In this document: piece after piece, positions 1 to 11,700 of the stretch
How positions within the stretch are numbered: the stretch's first letter is position 1
Layout: each line of letters begins with the position of its first letter
Source of the DNA: Phoronis australis
Lineage: Eukaryota > Animalia > Phoronida
DNA: 64,000 bases
Reading direction: 5' to 3'
NCBI GenBank assembly: GCA_002633005.1
Contig: NMRA01000466.1
Location: 162,633 to 226,632 of the forward strand
Position numbers and translations under genes: made by a program
Notes under the pieces: generated by a model
Told to the model about the DNA's origin: nothing
Databases searched by the model: none
What the model saw: the letters and a program-made list of their open reading frames with translations, nothing else

Positions 1-2508
1 CTTGGTTGGCAATTACCATTTTATGACTTAGCGGGTGAACTTTGGCCAAACAAACATTTAACTGTTCGCTGTTCGTTCCGGCACCAGTGGCAACTCCGGT
101 CTTGACATCGGTTTATCAACTTTTGTTCAACTATTGAAAGGTGGTAAAATCGAATCAACCTACAAATACAAAGTACGTGACATTACACCAACGTGAACTT
201 TATGTTGAATTACAGACGGCGTGGTAAAATCAAACGTTAAGTAATATCGCGGAAGCATAATTTCTGTCTCTTAGTAGGAGACTTTTTATACAGTACATTA
301 TGCATAAAAACAAGCAAGAAATTTGAAATTTTACAGCAAAATTGCACAAAAATCAGAATACAACGCTGGGTGTTTTACGACCTCAAGTGGTTTCATGCCG
401 CGGAATGCTCAACAAGCAACACGCATTCGCGCTCATCTGTTATTGCTCTTGATCATCACTTCATCACGCTGTATAATTCGCTTTGCCACAGATAATTATT
501 GTTTATTTTTGTATAATTTTTTAATATGTTGGTACAGCAGTAGAACAAAAGTTTATTTTAAAAACAACATAAACAAAGGTTTTAACATAGCGCAGTGATT
601 AAGATCATGGGCGCATGAAAACAGAAGCATGTGATCGGCTATAATGTCATCCATGATCCATCATCATTCTGAATTTGTTGTCACTTTCGGAGTAAAAAAT
701 TGTTTCGAAACTAGAGCCTTCCTATTTAGCCAGCTAGCTGTATGAAGACTATTGTCAAAATACAGCAAGGTGTTACTGTGTCTTGAGCTGCGACAGACCT
801 CGAAATTGCAAAAAGCCCGAATAAATACGCTCGTCACCTCGTCGTGAACCTTGTATCAACACGAGCTGAAGACCGGCGGGTGCGCAAAATCTGGAACTCA
901 TTTGACATTCACCTTGCCCGTTACGGCCGTTTAAGCGAAAAAATATCCGACGTCATTTCCTTGCGTAACTCTCTGCATTGGTAACAAAGAAATGTACGTC
1001 GTCGTTTTGAAAGTAGTACATTTGTGACACGCGCCACCTCCAGAAATTTTTCGACATCTCCCATTAGATGATGACAACATCGTAGCAAAATCTGTTCTAA
1101 AATTCGGTTTACTGATATCAAATTCCAAAAACATATAATGAAGTGAAACCAATTCTGACCATTTGTTGTGACGTTTAAGCAACCTCGAGGGAGAACGTTT
1201 GATTGAGAATCTGGGAAAAAGAAACTGGCTAATAGGTGACGCAATATTTCATTGCGCCGAAAGTTGACGCAAAAGATCACACCACAATTTTAGCAACAGA
1301 ATAATAGTAGAAAAGCAATTTTTTTTTAACGCCGGTAAATAATTTAGATTACTGAAGAAAGATTTTATTGGGTCAGTTTTTACCCACAACGGCGCAGTTA
1401 AAAGTTGTATATTTAATTTAGTAAACAGCTTCGCACCAAGGCGGAGCCCTTTGGAGTAAGAACACAGTACTTAGCGTTTCGCGTCTACTCTAAGGGGTAA
1501 AAGTTATACTTATTTACGTGTCATTACAAACTTCTCCTGTTGAGAGTTTCTTTCTCACAAAAGCGGTCTTCGAATGTAGAATCTGGACTGTGGTATGTAG
1601 TGTTTGTCCTATCATTTTAGTTCACATTCTTTCCGATAATTATCTGAACGAATGTTTGTTTTCAAAGTAGGGGGAGAATTGTGATCAGATATAAATGTGA
1701 ATGGCTTATTGTTCGTGTACATACTATTCACAGTTATAACATATAATTCAACCGATATTACAATACGTATGCCTAAGAACGTGCTTCGAGTCAGTGACCC
1801 TGTAATCAGTATGCCGTAAACTTTGTTTACTTAAACTTTGAAGACGTGCTTTGTACTTGGTCTCGGTTTATTAATGAAGGTCCTGACAAAACGCCTCTTT
1901 CTTTACGCAGACGTTTTCTGCCCACGCGTACATTTGATGTAGCCCCGGCCCAACTCTGACTAAGTAAAGTTAGTGGCAGCCAGCTCACACTAAACCCCGG
2001 CGGCGGGCCTCATTTCACGGCACAAACTACTGACGTGTGTCATTGGTTCAAGTTTAATCTTTGTTAGAGCTCATATCATGAAATATATACAAAAGTGCAA
2101 CTATGGTGATAGCCAAACGGGGGAGTTTTGAGGCCTGAATTCTGGACACTGGGGTTCAGTGCCAGTGCCTAGCTTTTTGTCAGTCATAAAAATGAAGAGT
2201 GGGAAAAAATTAAATACAACTGCTTCATAGCAAAAATCTGGTCAAAAGAGATTGAAAGAATGTTAAAAGAAGTGATGTTGTCATCTCTGATCAGTGTTAG
2301 TAATGATCCCAGCCACCGCGAGTATGATGGGCTTAAGTCAACACGGTAGTTTCCTAGTACCCCGCCGCAAAGATTAATAGTTTATAACTTATTAGTTCAT
2401 CGATTTTTAAAAAATGGAAAACCATGCTTGGTTGTTTTTTTCCAACTTAATACAGCCATGGAATTTAACGAAATTCGGCGCCGGGCGCCGTGCGCCGCCC
2501 CTGGAAAT

Positions 2509-2575
2509 GCAGAGGAGAGGCAGAGGAGAGGCAGAGGAGAGGCAGAGGAGAGGCAGAGGAGAGGCAGAGGAGAGG
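2509..2575. repeat. 11-bp tandem repeat (GCAGAGGAGAG) x ~6
   Basis: Perfect tandem units read directly from the sequence. Confidence 0.95.
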
Positions 2576-4003
2576 TATCTGACCTTCTGATAATTGATTA
2601 CTAAATGGTTGAAGTATTGGTGTTTATGTTAGCTAAATAATGCAATATGATTTTTGTTAAATGGTGACCCTTATTACTTTGTTTGGTGTGCTTGGTCAGT
2701 CGTCATGTTTTGAACAAGTTTTTGGTTGAAAACCGTTATCATAGGTTACAAACTGGGTATAAATGGGATTGTCTTCATCTAAAAGGATGAGATGTTCCTT
2801 GTTTGTTAATATACTGTAGGGGATCGTTTTTTAGTTTTTATTTCCCTGTGATATTTAGTCTTTTAGTTAACATTATTAAACTGGATGGTGTTAGATCGAG
2901 AATTATGGTAAAACTTGCAGCGGTTGTCATGCGATTGGTTTGTAAAACATACTTCGTTTTTAGAGGATGACTGATGAGCACAGGTTGCTGTTAATGAACA
3001 ATAATTTGTAGATTACACTGTCCTTTGCTCATTTAGAGTTATCTGTGCACCTAGTGGATTTACGGCTCCGGTAAAAAGCGATTAGTGGCTATGAATCAAT
3101 GTGATTTTGCTGTTTGACATCAATGATCATTAACTAAATTAAATGTTTTTACTTGTGTCGGAGATGAACTGGTTGGTTTTTGACTACACTCACAGAAGTT
3201 TCCATGTTTCTCAAAATTTTCGCATGTACGAAAGACCATATAAGACACAAGCTAGAACAACGCTGAAACTCAGCTCGTTACTCATAGATACTGCCATGCT
3301 TATAATGGAAACCAGGATTATAGTAGAAGCCAGCAGTTCATGAACTCTTAACTTAACAAACGATCTTTTAATTCTGATTGTACTCTATTGTTCGTGGTTT
3401 GTATTTCTTGATATTCCTTTCCTATTTTATCCATGCTTGTTTCAATGTCTATCTTTTTTACTGCTCCAGTATTGTTGCTAGATAGTAGATAGTACCTATT
3501 TAACATATTTTTGTAGTAAGTTATGGACACAACCTTTTTTGAAATCTGGGGAAAACCCAAAGCATTGATTTTCTGATGGTTTAATATATAAGACGTTTGT
3601 TTGAAGTTGCAGGTATTTTATTTTTACTATAAATATATGCGTGTTACATGGTCGGTGCACTATAGGGAGCTGGGGGCTATAGCTCCCCAAATTTTTCGAC
3701 AATGACTTAACGCTCCTGCCTTCTGCCCAAGAAGCCGTCAGTCTGCTGACGAGAACCCAACAAGAAAAACAGTGGGAAATCGAGCTTCACAAGATTGCAT
3801 ACAACGATTTAGAGTTCGTATCAGAGTTCCCAAAAGAAGATTTGTGCGCTGAACGTAAGCCCTTAGGCTTAGCGAAAGACTCTCTACCTATTCACCAGAA
3901 TCTCGAAACTTCTCTACAGATAGTTGTGTCTTTGATGCCAAACTGCCAGAGCGACGGAACACCAGACGAGAGTTCCTGTCCATGTTGCATAGCATTTATA
4001 ATC

Positions 4004-4312
4004 CAGTGGCGGATTTAGGGAGGGGGGAGGGACAACGGGGCAAGGCCCTCCCTAAAATTCTCTCAGACACCGTTTGGGATTACGGGGCGCGAATTGCTGA
4101 GTAGCATATGCGCGCACCCAGGGGGTTCGGGGGACGAATGCACAATGCACGGGTCTTGAGCAAACCCCGTTTACCGTTTTTTTTGGTAGTAAGGTTCACA
4201 AACATAAATATCCGAGAGCCCAGCATCCCTACATTTTAGGCTGGGCGCGCATGTGGAGAAATTCTGTTCCTGTTCCCTGACCCGCCAGCTCAAAATCCTA
4301 GATACGCCCCTG
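4004..4312. mobile_element. hAT-like MITE inserted in the Pao reading frame
   Basis: TIRs CAGTGGCGGATTTAGG / CCTAGATACGCCCCTG (13/16 match). 5-bp TSD TAATC/CAATC. Removing it restores the Pao YNPLG motif. Confidence 0.8.
4107..4253. mobile_element. Small MITE nested inside the 4004-4312 MITE
   Basis: Ends ATGCGCGCACCCAG / CTGGGCGCGCATG, the same terminus family as 44270-44524. No clear TSD. Confidence 0.55.
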
Positions 4313-5278
4313 CAATCCGCTGGGATTCGTCGGACCTGTTGTGATTCAAGAAAGAATAATACTCAGAGCTAGAGACTAAGTCACTACTTCCCATGTCAGT
4401 CGGGGCATCCTGGCTGGTTCACCCTACGTTGATTGTTGTCCCTTCAGGACGTGCCTATACCCTGCATGTTCATGGGCGGAGCAGCACTGAAAAAAAGTGG
4501 GGGGTTTATGCCCCCCACCACCGCCTGTGGTGCACCGCCCGCAGACCATGGGCGATGCAGCACTGAAATGAGTTGGGGGGGGGGGGGGGGCTATAACCCA
4601 TGAGTTGGTTAAAGNCCCCCATCCCCTTATGGTGCGGCGCCCATGATGTCCCTAAGGCGGTCGTTGAGCCAGTTCCATTAATGATGCCGAACTCCAAGTC
4701 TTTCGCGAGGGATCAGGGCGAGCGGCGGCTACGGTGTGCTACCTCAGAGTGCTCGTAAAGGATGTTTTTGAAGTGTCGTCTGTGTTTCGCAAGGTGAGAC
4801 TAGCTCAGAGCATGACTCATGGTCATCTCAAATGTTGACCTCAAGGAAATCTATCAAGAGCACTGGAAACAGGTTCAAGCATTATCTGATCTTTTCTGGA
4901 AGCAGTGGCGTTACGAGTATCTCCGCTCATTACAGCTTCCTCGTAAATGGCAGTCGGACCATGTGAATCTCAATATTGGAAATATAGTGCTTCTACGCGA
5001 TAAAGAAATGTGTCGTTCCCAGTGGCCTGTCGATCTTGTTACGGCTACGTACCTAGGTCTTGATAGAAGAGTAAGAACTTCAAAGCCATCTGTGTTTACA
5101 ATTCCTGTTTCTAAAGTTGTAGCTCTAGTTACATGACTAGTTTTTTTTACTTCGCACGTGACCTCTCCCTCTATTGCCTTCTGTTCTCTAAGTGATTGGG
5201 TGTTTAAGAATCTTAGTGCCTTTGAAGCTTCGCATTTGTTAGGTTCAGCGGAAATATTTCAAGCTATTGGACGGGGAG

Positions 5279-5743
5279 TGTGCCACCGGGCGGCGAATCT
5301 TTTCGTATGGGGTTTTTGTCAAGTCCGTGCATCTGACGTCTGTCCCTCGCTGGTTCCTTACGTGCCTACCCAGCACGCTGGCTACCGACCACCTAGCGGC
5401 ACGCAGGGGACCAGCGAGACGTTTGTCCATGTTTCTTGTCCTTAAAGTACGTATTTAAGAGTTCATTACTCTAAGTATGCTCAAGATCGTTATTTTACTG
5501 AAAAGTTTGCCTTTATTCAGTTAATGTACGTGTGCTTTCAACGATTCGTACAGTATTTGAACTGCCTTCCCTAGTCCGTTGTTCGGCTCGGTAGATCTCT
5601 AAAAGGGTTCAACGACAATTTTCTTAAAGGTTCCCCACTTCGACTTTTATCGTTCACATCTAGATTCGGAGTGCCTTTATTTTTTATTTTTAGCTTCTAC
5701 CAATTGTTTGTTTCTAGCTGTTCCGGTGTTTTATTACGGCACT
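5279..5743 (+). mobile_element. 3' LTR of the Bel/Pao element
   Basis: Begins TGTGCC immediately after the purine tract and ends GGCAC(T), an imperfect terminal inverted repeat. About 465 bp. Confidence 0.65.
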
Positions 5744-5785
5744 AGAGACCTATGCACAGCATATCAAAGCAAAGTTTTGGATGAA

Positions 5786-8700
5786 TCATCTCATAAATGC
5801 TTGCACACTAATCACGCCTACAAAGAATGTCCCAAATGATATGTAAAACATGCCTATTAAAACCAAAAACCAAATTTTGAAGCCAGTCTTCTTTCTGTGG
5901 TTGTTGAGTGAAAATTGCATTAATCCAAGCCCTGAAAAAATCAATGAAAAAACTGTAGCTTACCGTCTTAAAACACACAAACACAATGGGGTGCGTGAAA
6001 TGGGTGGGTCGAATCGAACTTTGCCTAGACAGTTTCGTCAAGGGGGTGTAATTGCAAGAATTGTATACTGTAATATTATGAGATGCATGAGTCTACTGTC
6101 GGAGTCCAAATGATAGTATACTAACCTGGAAATATGCAGCATATAAATATGGACACCACACCGGTGAGCGCCATTCCTGTCACTAAATCCGGAAGGGCAA
6201 GGTACAGAAAGAGAATGGCGAAGAAGGCGCCGCTGCCGATCGTGACGCGGTGCTTGGTCTCACGTTGGACTACTTCTTCTTCGGATAAATCACGAAAGGT
6301 GGTCCATGAATCTTGCAACCCATTTCTGATGAAATGACAATGACAAGAGCAGTAGATAACAGTACTAAGAATACCTTGCTAGTTTGTAATGGTCAATTGT
6401 AGAAGCATAGACTGCGGTTGCATCTTTTAAAAATCTACTTTAACATCGATAAGTAAGCTCATTTTTATAGACTCATGTGGCAAAACATTGATTGTTGCAT
6501 CTTTCATGTAGATAAACAATACTGACCTTTTGAGCACACGGTAATTGTGGAAATTCATGTAATATTTCTGCCGATGTTATGGAGCCGCCTGGCCCCTTCT
6601 AGTGGGGATTGAAATAAATTGTAGCAAAATTGCGTAGCCATCTGGAGGTGACAAAAACTCCAGGACCGTGAATCATGAATCAAACGCCTTACACAAGACA
6701 CTGCCGTATCGCTTCAGGAAGGGAAGTTGTTGGATTGTAAGTTGAAAAATCATAAATGGAGATCTTGCTTTGATCTAGCGAGATCCCTTACGGCTTTTCG
6801 GCAATTAACTGGTAAGATATTCCCCTAATTGACCACACCCATTTATAAAAATGTTTTATACGAGACAAATCACAGCAGTCCTTTGTGGTGCGCATAATAC
6901 TGTACTGTACCTGAAGACCAAGAACACAAGAGGAAAAGCAGTCGAGCACTTCAAAGCCATCAGTAAGTAAGCAAGGACGACCTCTGGTGCTGGCGGATAT
7001 GAGTCTAGGATTTCTTTGTGCACAGCCGACCCAAATGTTAGGTAGCCAAATATTGGCACCAAGGAGTTACAAAGAACTGTCACAACAACAGTAGCGACTA
7101 GAGTCTTTAAATAGCCTGCAATTCTATTGTCTGTCATGGCACCGTAGACTGTAACAATTTCATAATGACACTGGAAATAAGAGAAAAATTAATTAATCCA
7201 AGATGAATTAAAACTATATGGGAGTACCACAGAAAATTATAAGCATCACTGAGGATAATTCAACAGCGAATTGAAATTGTGGTACTAGAGCAGATCAATG
7301 TGAAGTATATAGATTACCAGGTGCTACGTAATAAAGTTGTGCAGGTGGTCTAATAAACAGCAATAAATATTCATTGAGTACAATTTAACATTTCTTGTAG
7401 CTTTAATTCAAAGACAAGCGGGTGACCACCATCTTAGCTTAGAACGTGAATGAAATGGACCAATAACTGATTTTCGAAACAGCCACGCCATGTTGAAATT
7501 CACTATTCCGCCAGACGGTGATCGCGTCTTTGCTGGACAGGCGTTCAGCGCCACCTACAAACCCCACTAAAAGCGGACGGGACGTGGTGGTATAAACAGC
7601 GTTTTAACACATTTGCTGTTATCATATTGCTGGTATGTTTCCAGTACTGAGCGGTGGGGTGAACTAATGCCTTACGAAAAAGGCAAACCTTGTGAAATAC
7701 ATTTCCACTGCGACTGCGCCAAAACCAGCTAATAATTAAAGCGGAATAATTTCAATCTCAGTCGGTGTCAAAACGCTAAAGTAAATAAGTGAACTTAAAC
7801 TAATCAAACAATGGGAAGCGCTGGTCGTTGATTTCATCCTCTGTTTTTGAATTAATGAACCATTATGTAAATTAGATTTCTGTCAACCAAATCTGAATCT
7901 GATCAAGTGAATGTCACTCTCTTGGTCTCATCTATTACTCTGTGGAGTGCCAATAGGACAAGTCCCCTGACATGAAAAGAACACAAACAAGAATGACACT
8001 AACTGTAACAATAGTTGTAATTGTAATTGCAACGCCACCTTGTAATTCTTTGCAGACGTGAATTTAGATGCGGATTTGTCAAACCTATACCGTATTTTCT
8101 TGTACGTATTATTGAAGATGCCAGTGGCCAGTTGCATGAACCAGTGCCATAATGACGCGACCAAGGTCCCTAAGTCTTTTTGCGTATTTGTGTCTTTGAG
8201 GACTCACAGATGCAATACTTTTCTATCATTTCATCTTTATTATGAGCTCCTTTTTGTCTAATGACATTTTTTAATAATATAAATACAAACTGAGCCCAGA
8301 GTTCATTGAAAATATATATAGGGACTTAGTCCTTAAATTGGGGGTGTTGCATGAAAAGACCCCTACTTATTTTGGATAATATTGACAATTTAACGTAGAG
8401 TTCGCTCTCGAATTATATCGAAGTCAAAAACTTAATTAGTAATGGAACTAAAACAATACAAGAGAGGGCAATCGGTGTTTCACAAGTCCAAAAACTCGCA
8501 GTAGATTTAGGGAACTTATTTTTAAAAGTTCCTAATTGGGACTGTTTCATGCAACCGGTCAATGAATGTTGTTCGCTTTAGATCCCCAGTGAACAGGTCA
8601 GTTTAAGCAAACGCGTCTTTAGGCGTGACGTCGATTGTAACTGTAAGTGCGTCAATGCCTTATTGCTGAAGCTGTATTCCCTGTAGTTTCATGGAATGGT

Positions 8701-11700
8701 CTCATTGAGCTTGAAATGGTCTCATTGAGCGAGTAGTAGTGGTCTTATTTGGGCTTGGAGTGGTCATATTGATTGGAATTGTCTTACTGAACTTAGACTG
8801 GTTTGCTTGAACTTGGAATTTATATGCCTTGCACGTGATACTTCATGACTTCCAATCCTGTAAAATTCCTTGTCATTTTCCGAACTACGCCCAACTACGG
8901 TTTATAACACGTAATACCAACAACGACATCCCAATGCAAAAAATGTAGTAATAGCATAGCATTATCATAGGAATGTTAATCGTTTCTTTGTTGACGATAA
9001 CAAAAACAACGGCAGTAACATCAGTTATATTGGTTATCCAGTTAATACAAAAGATGAATGCCGCTCAAGCATTTATTCAAAAGGAAAGTTTGTTGAAAAT
9101 TAACATACAACTGACATACCTGTAAGACACTCTGAAAGAAAAAATGAACACCCTTAAATATTGCCCTCAATGTAGCCTTCCTTGACCGCGTGACCGAATG
9201 GCATTAATCGGAACTATCCATTAAATTCCCGTGGAAGACTTTGTACGTCTTAAAATTTTGACGGTTTGCATTGGTCCAACAATGGCCTGGCTTCGAGATT
9301 GTTTTGCTTGTTTAACGCTCTTCTGCTTTGTAATTATCTGCAAGTTTGACTACACACTCACAGCACTTACTTTATATCCGAATAACACTCCAGGCGATAC
9401 CAAGAACGCATCGACCACTGTTGCACGTTGAGGGTTGCTAAACGGCTGGGTTAGTGCAAGGTTGTTTAGAGACAAAACGTACTTCACTGTGACCAAGGCA
9501 ACGACGTATAGCGTGAATAAGAGCCCAGGGACGCTAGAACATGACATTGAGATATTAGCGAAACACCGAAACAGTGCAATCAACGGTCAACTTGAAGATA
9601 AGAAATCTACAACGCCTACAAACTGAAATAATGTCTTCATACCAAAACCATAATAATACATGTAAGTGATATTTGAATCAGTATGAAAATACGAAACTGT
9701 ATTTTACTCTTTTTAATATTGTATGAAAACATCTTTTCGTAATTTCGTAATACAGGCACAGATTTGCAAAAAAAAACTAGTTGGTTGACAATACTTTTGG
9801 ACTACATGTTTGAAATCGGTAGGAGCGGCTTTCAGAATCTAATGCTTGCTTTAGTTGAGCATCGACATGTTGCTGGAGAAGAAGTTGAAAGGATTATTTG
9901 CACTAGTTTTCTGGGTAATCTTTTCATCCACTTAACAGTGACCATTGATAGTTTTGGCTTTGCCATCAAAATTGTTTTTAAAGATTATGGCCGGCTGACC
10001 ATCTCGTTAAATGCTCCTATGAGGATGTCGCCACAGCTGTCTAGAGTTTGTATTTAACAGTTAAAGACGTTACAAAACGGAGTTGTTTGGATGCACTAAA
10101 TATTTTTGTGAGTGGAAATGTTTGATTTATTTGATGGCCCTGCTGACTAACTATTTTGAAGCAACATGTTGTTAAACCCTATCGTTCTGAGAAAGGAATA
10201 ACATTAATAACTTAAAGTTACACATTTTTATTTGAACGATTACTGTTTCGGGTCATGTAATCTGACCACCAATATTTAGGATGCAAATGTCTGAAAACAA
10301 TAATGTTTACATCAGTTGCGAGCCTGTAGTTCGTATCTTATAGACCTATTTTGGATATTTGAGTGCCTTAATCGCAAAATTTCTACCACTTGTATCCCGA
10401 AAAATCTCAGGTTTCTTAATTTAGAAAATCTGCATTGAACTAGAAAACATCAATCTACCTGATATATTGCAGACACTTAACTTCCCGGAGAATACACAGC
10501 GGATAAAGAAATACGATGCTGGCAACGCTGACCACCAGGTTTTGGTTGAGAAACCAAGAACCTTTGACGTCATACGGCACTACATAGTCTAAAACTAAAG
10601 ATGTAACACTGTTAACAGAGTATATTTTTCTTTCCATTTCATTTCACCTTCTACCATGCTGCCTCACTTCGGTGATTTGATAGATCTTAATAACTTGAGA
10701 GTCAGAAAGTTGAAAAATAGAACGTGAGAACATATGCCACGGAAATCGATCTTTTTGGTGTGAAAATTAATAATTTCACTAATTTTAAAATGTGCTTTCT
10801 TTTTTGATAATTGGTAGACTTCGAAAATTGTCAAACAACATTTTAATCAACACCAGGCAAGGACTTGAATTTTATACAAATGTAATGGGTACTGACTTTG
10901 ATCTTTTGTTTTTTGAGGAACACTATTTTATGCAAGTGAACATTTCCTTCAACGATTTAAGGCCAAAGAGAATGTAAACGTTTGATGTGAAGGAGTAAAA
11001 CATTATTAAAAGCAAGCTGCAAAAGTTCTAGGCATCATAATCTTATAAACAAAATTGATACAAAAATACAGCCAATATTACTGGGATGCACGATTCCAAA
11101 TCCACTCACACATTTCCAAGTGATCGCCTGCAATAACCAAGAATACGGAGCAGTCAGTAACTCCATCTATTGTCAACGACAGAATGGATGCTTTGTGTCC
11201 CAGAGAGCCTAATGCGAACATCATGACATCTTGGTACGACTCGGCTTTCGCTTCGACAGCGAGGTAGGCCAGAATAACCATTGAACCTACCATTACTGGA
11301 ACAATACTCTGTGGATTGAATGACATTGATTGTAAATAAAACGCCAAAGTTAAGCTTTGTAAAAATTATGAAAGCTTTGGCAATAATGAAATAAATTAAA
11401 ACGTCAAGATAAGAACTTCGTGAATTGTGACAGATGCGTCCACTGCTATATTCTCTAAACTCTTTACAGGATCTTAAAGAGATTTTGCAGATGTGTTCAC
11501 GCGAAGCTGACACCGACGACGATGAAACTCGTACCAAGAATACTTGACTAACACTTTCATTGTTGTCTCGGCAGCAACGTCTTGCAAATCAATATGTTTC
11601 GAATGTTAGTTTTTTAGTGTCAGACATCAACCTTCGTAGAAATTCGGAATGGTAAATGTTAAAATGCTTAATAGTTCTACTTTTCAATTATGTTCGCATT

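Larger units (their letters stand above)
3698..5278 (+). mobile_element. Decayed, internally deleted Bel/Pao LTR retrotransposon pol remnant
   Basis: Manual translation gives Pao RT/RNase H-type motifs (AQEAVSLLTRTQ..LHKIA; TRREFLSMLHSIYNP|LGFVGPVVIQ, split by a MITE). ORF 4819-5136 has the Pao post-integrase DUF5641-like signature WKQVQALSDLFWKQWRYEYL..KW..NLNIGNIVLLRD..RSQWP..GLDRRVRT. A purine tract GGACGGGGAG ends at 5278. Confidence 0.85.

Noticed and set aside
1-3600. Short ORFs in the first 3.6 kb
   Set aside because: No recognisable domains or splice chains. 730-900 resembles 62240-62400, which suggests an old dispersed repeat.
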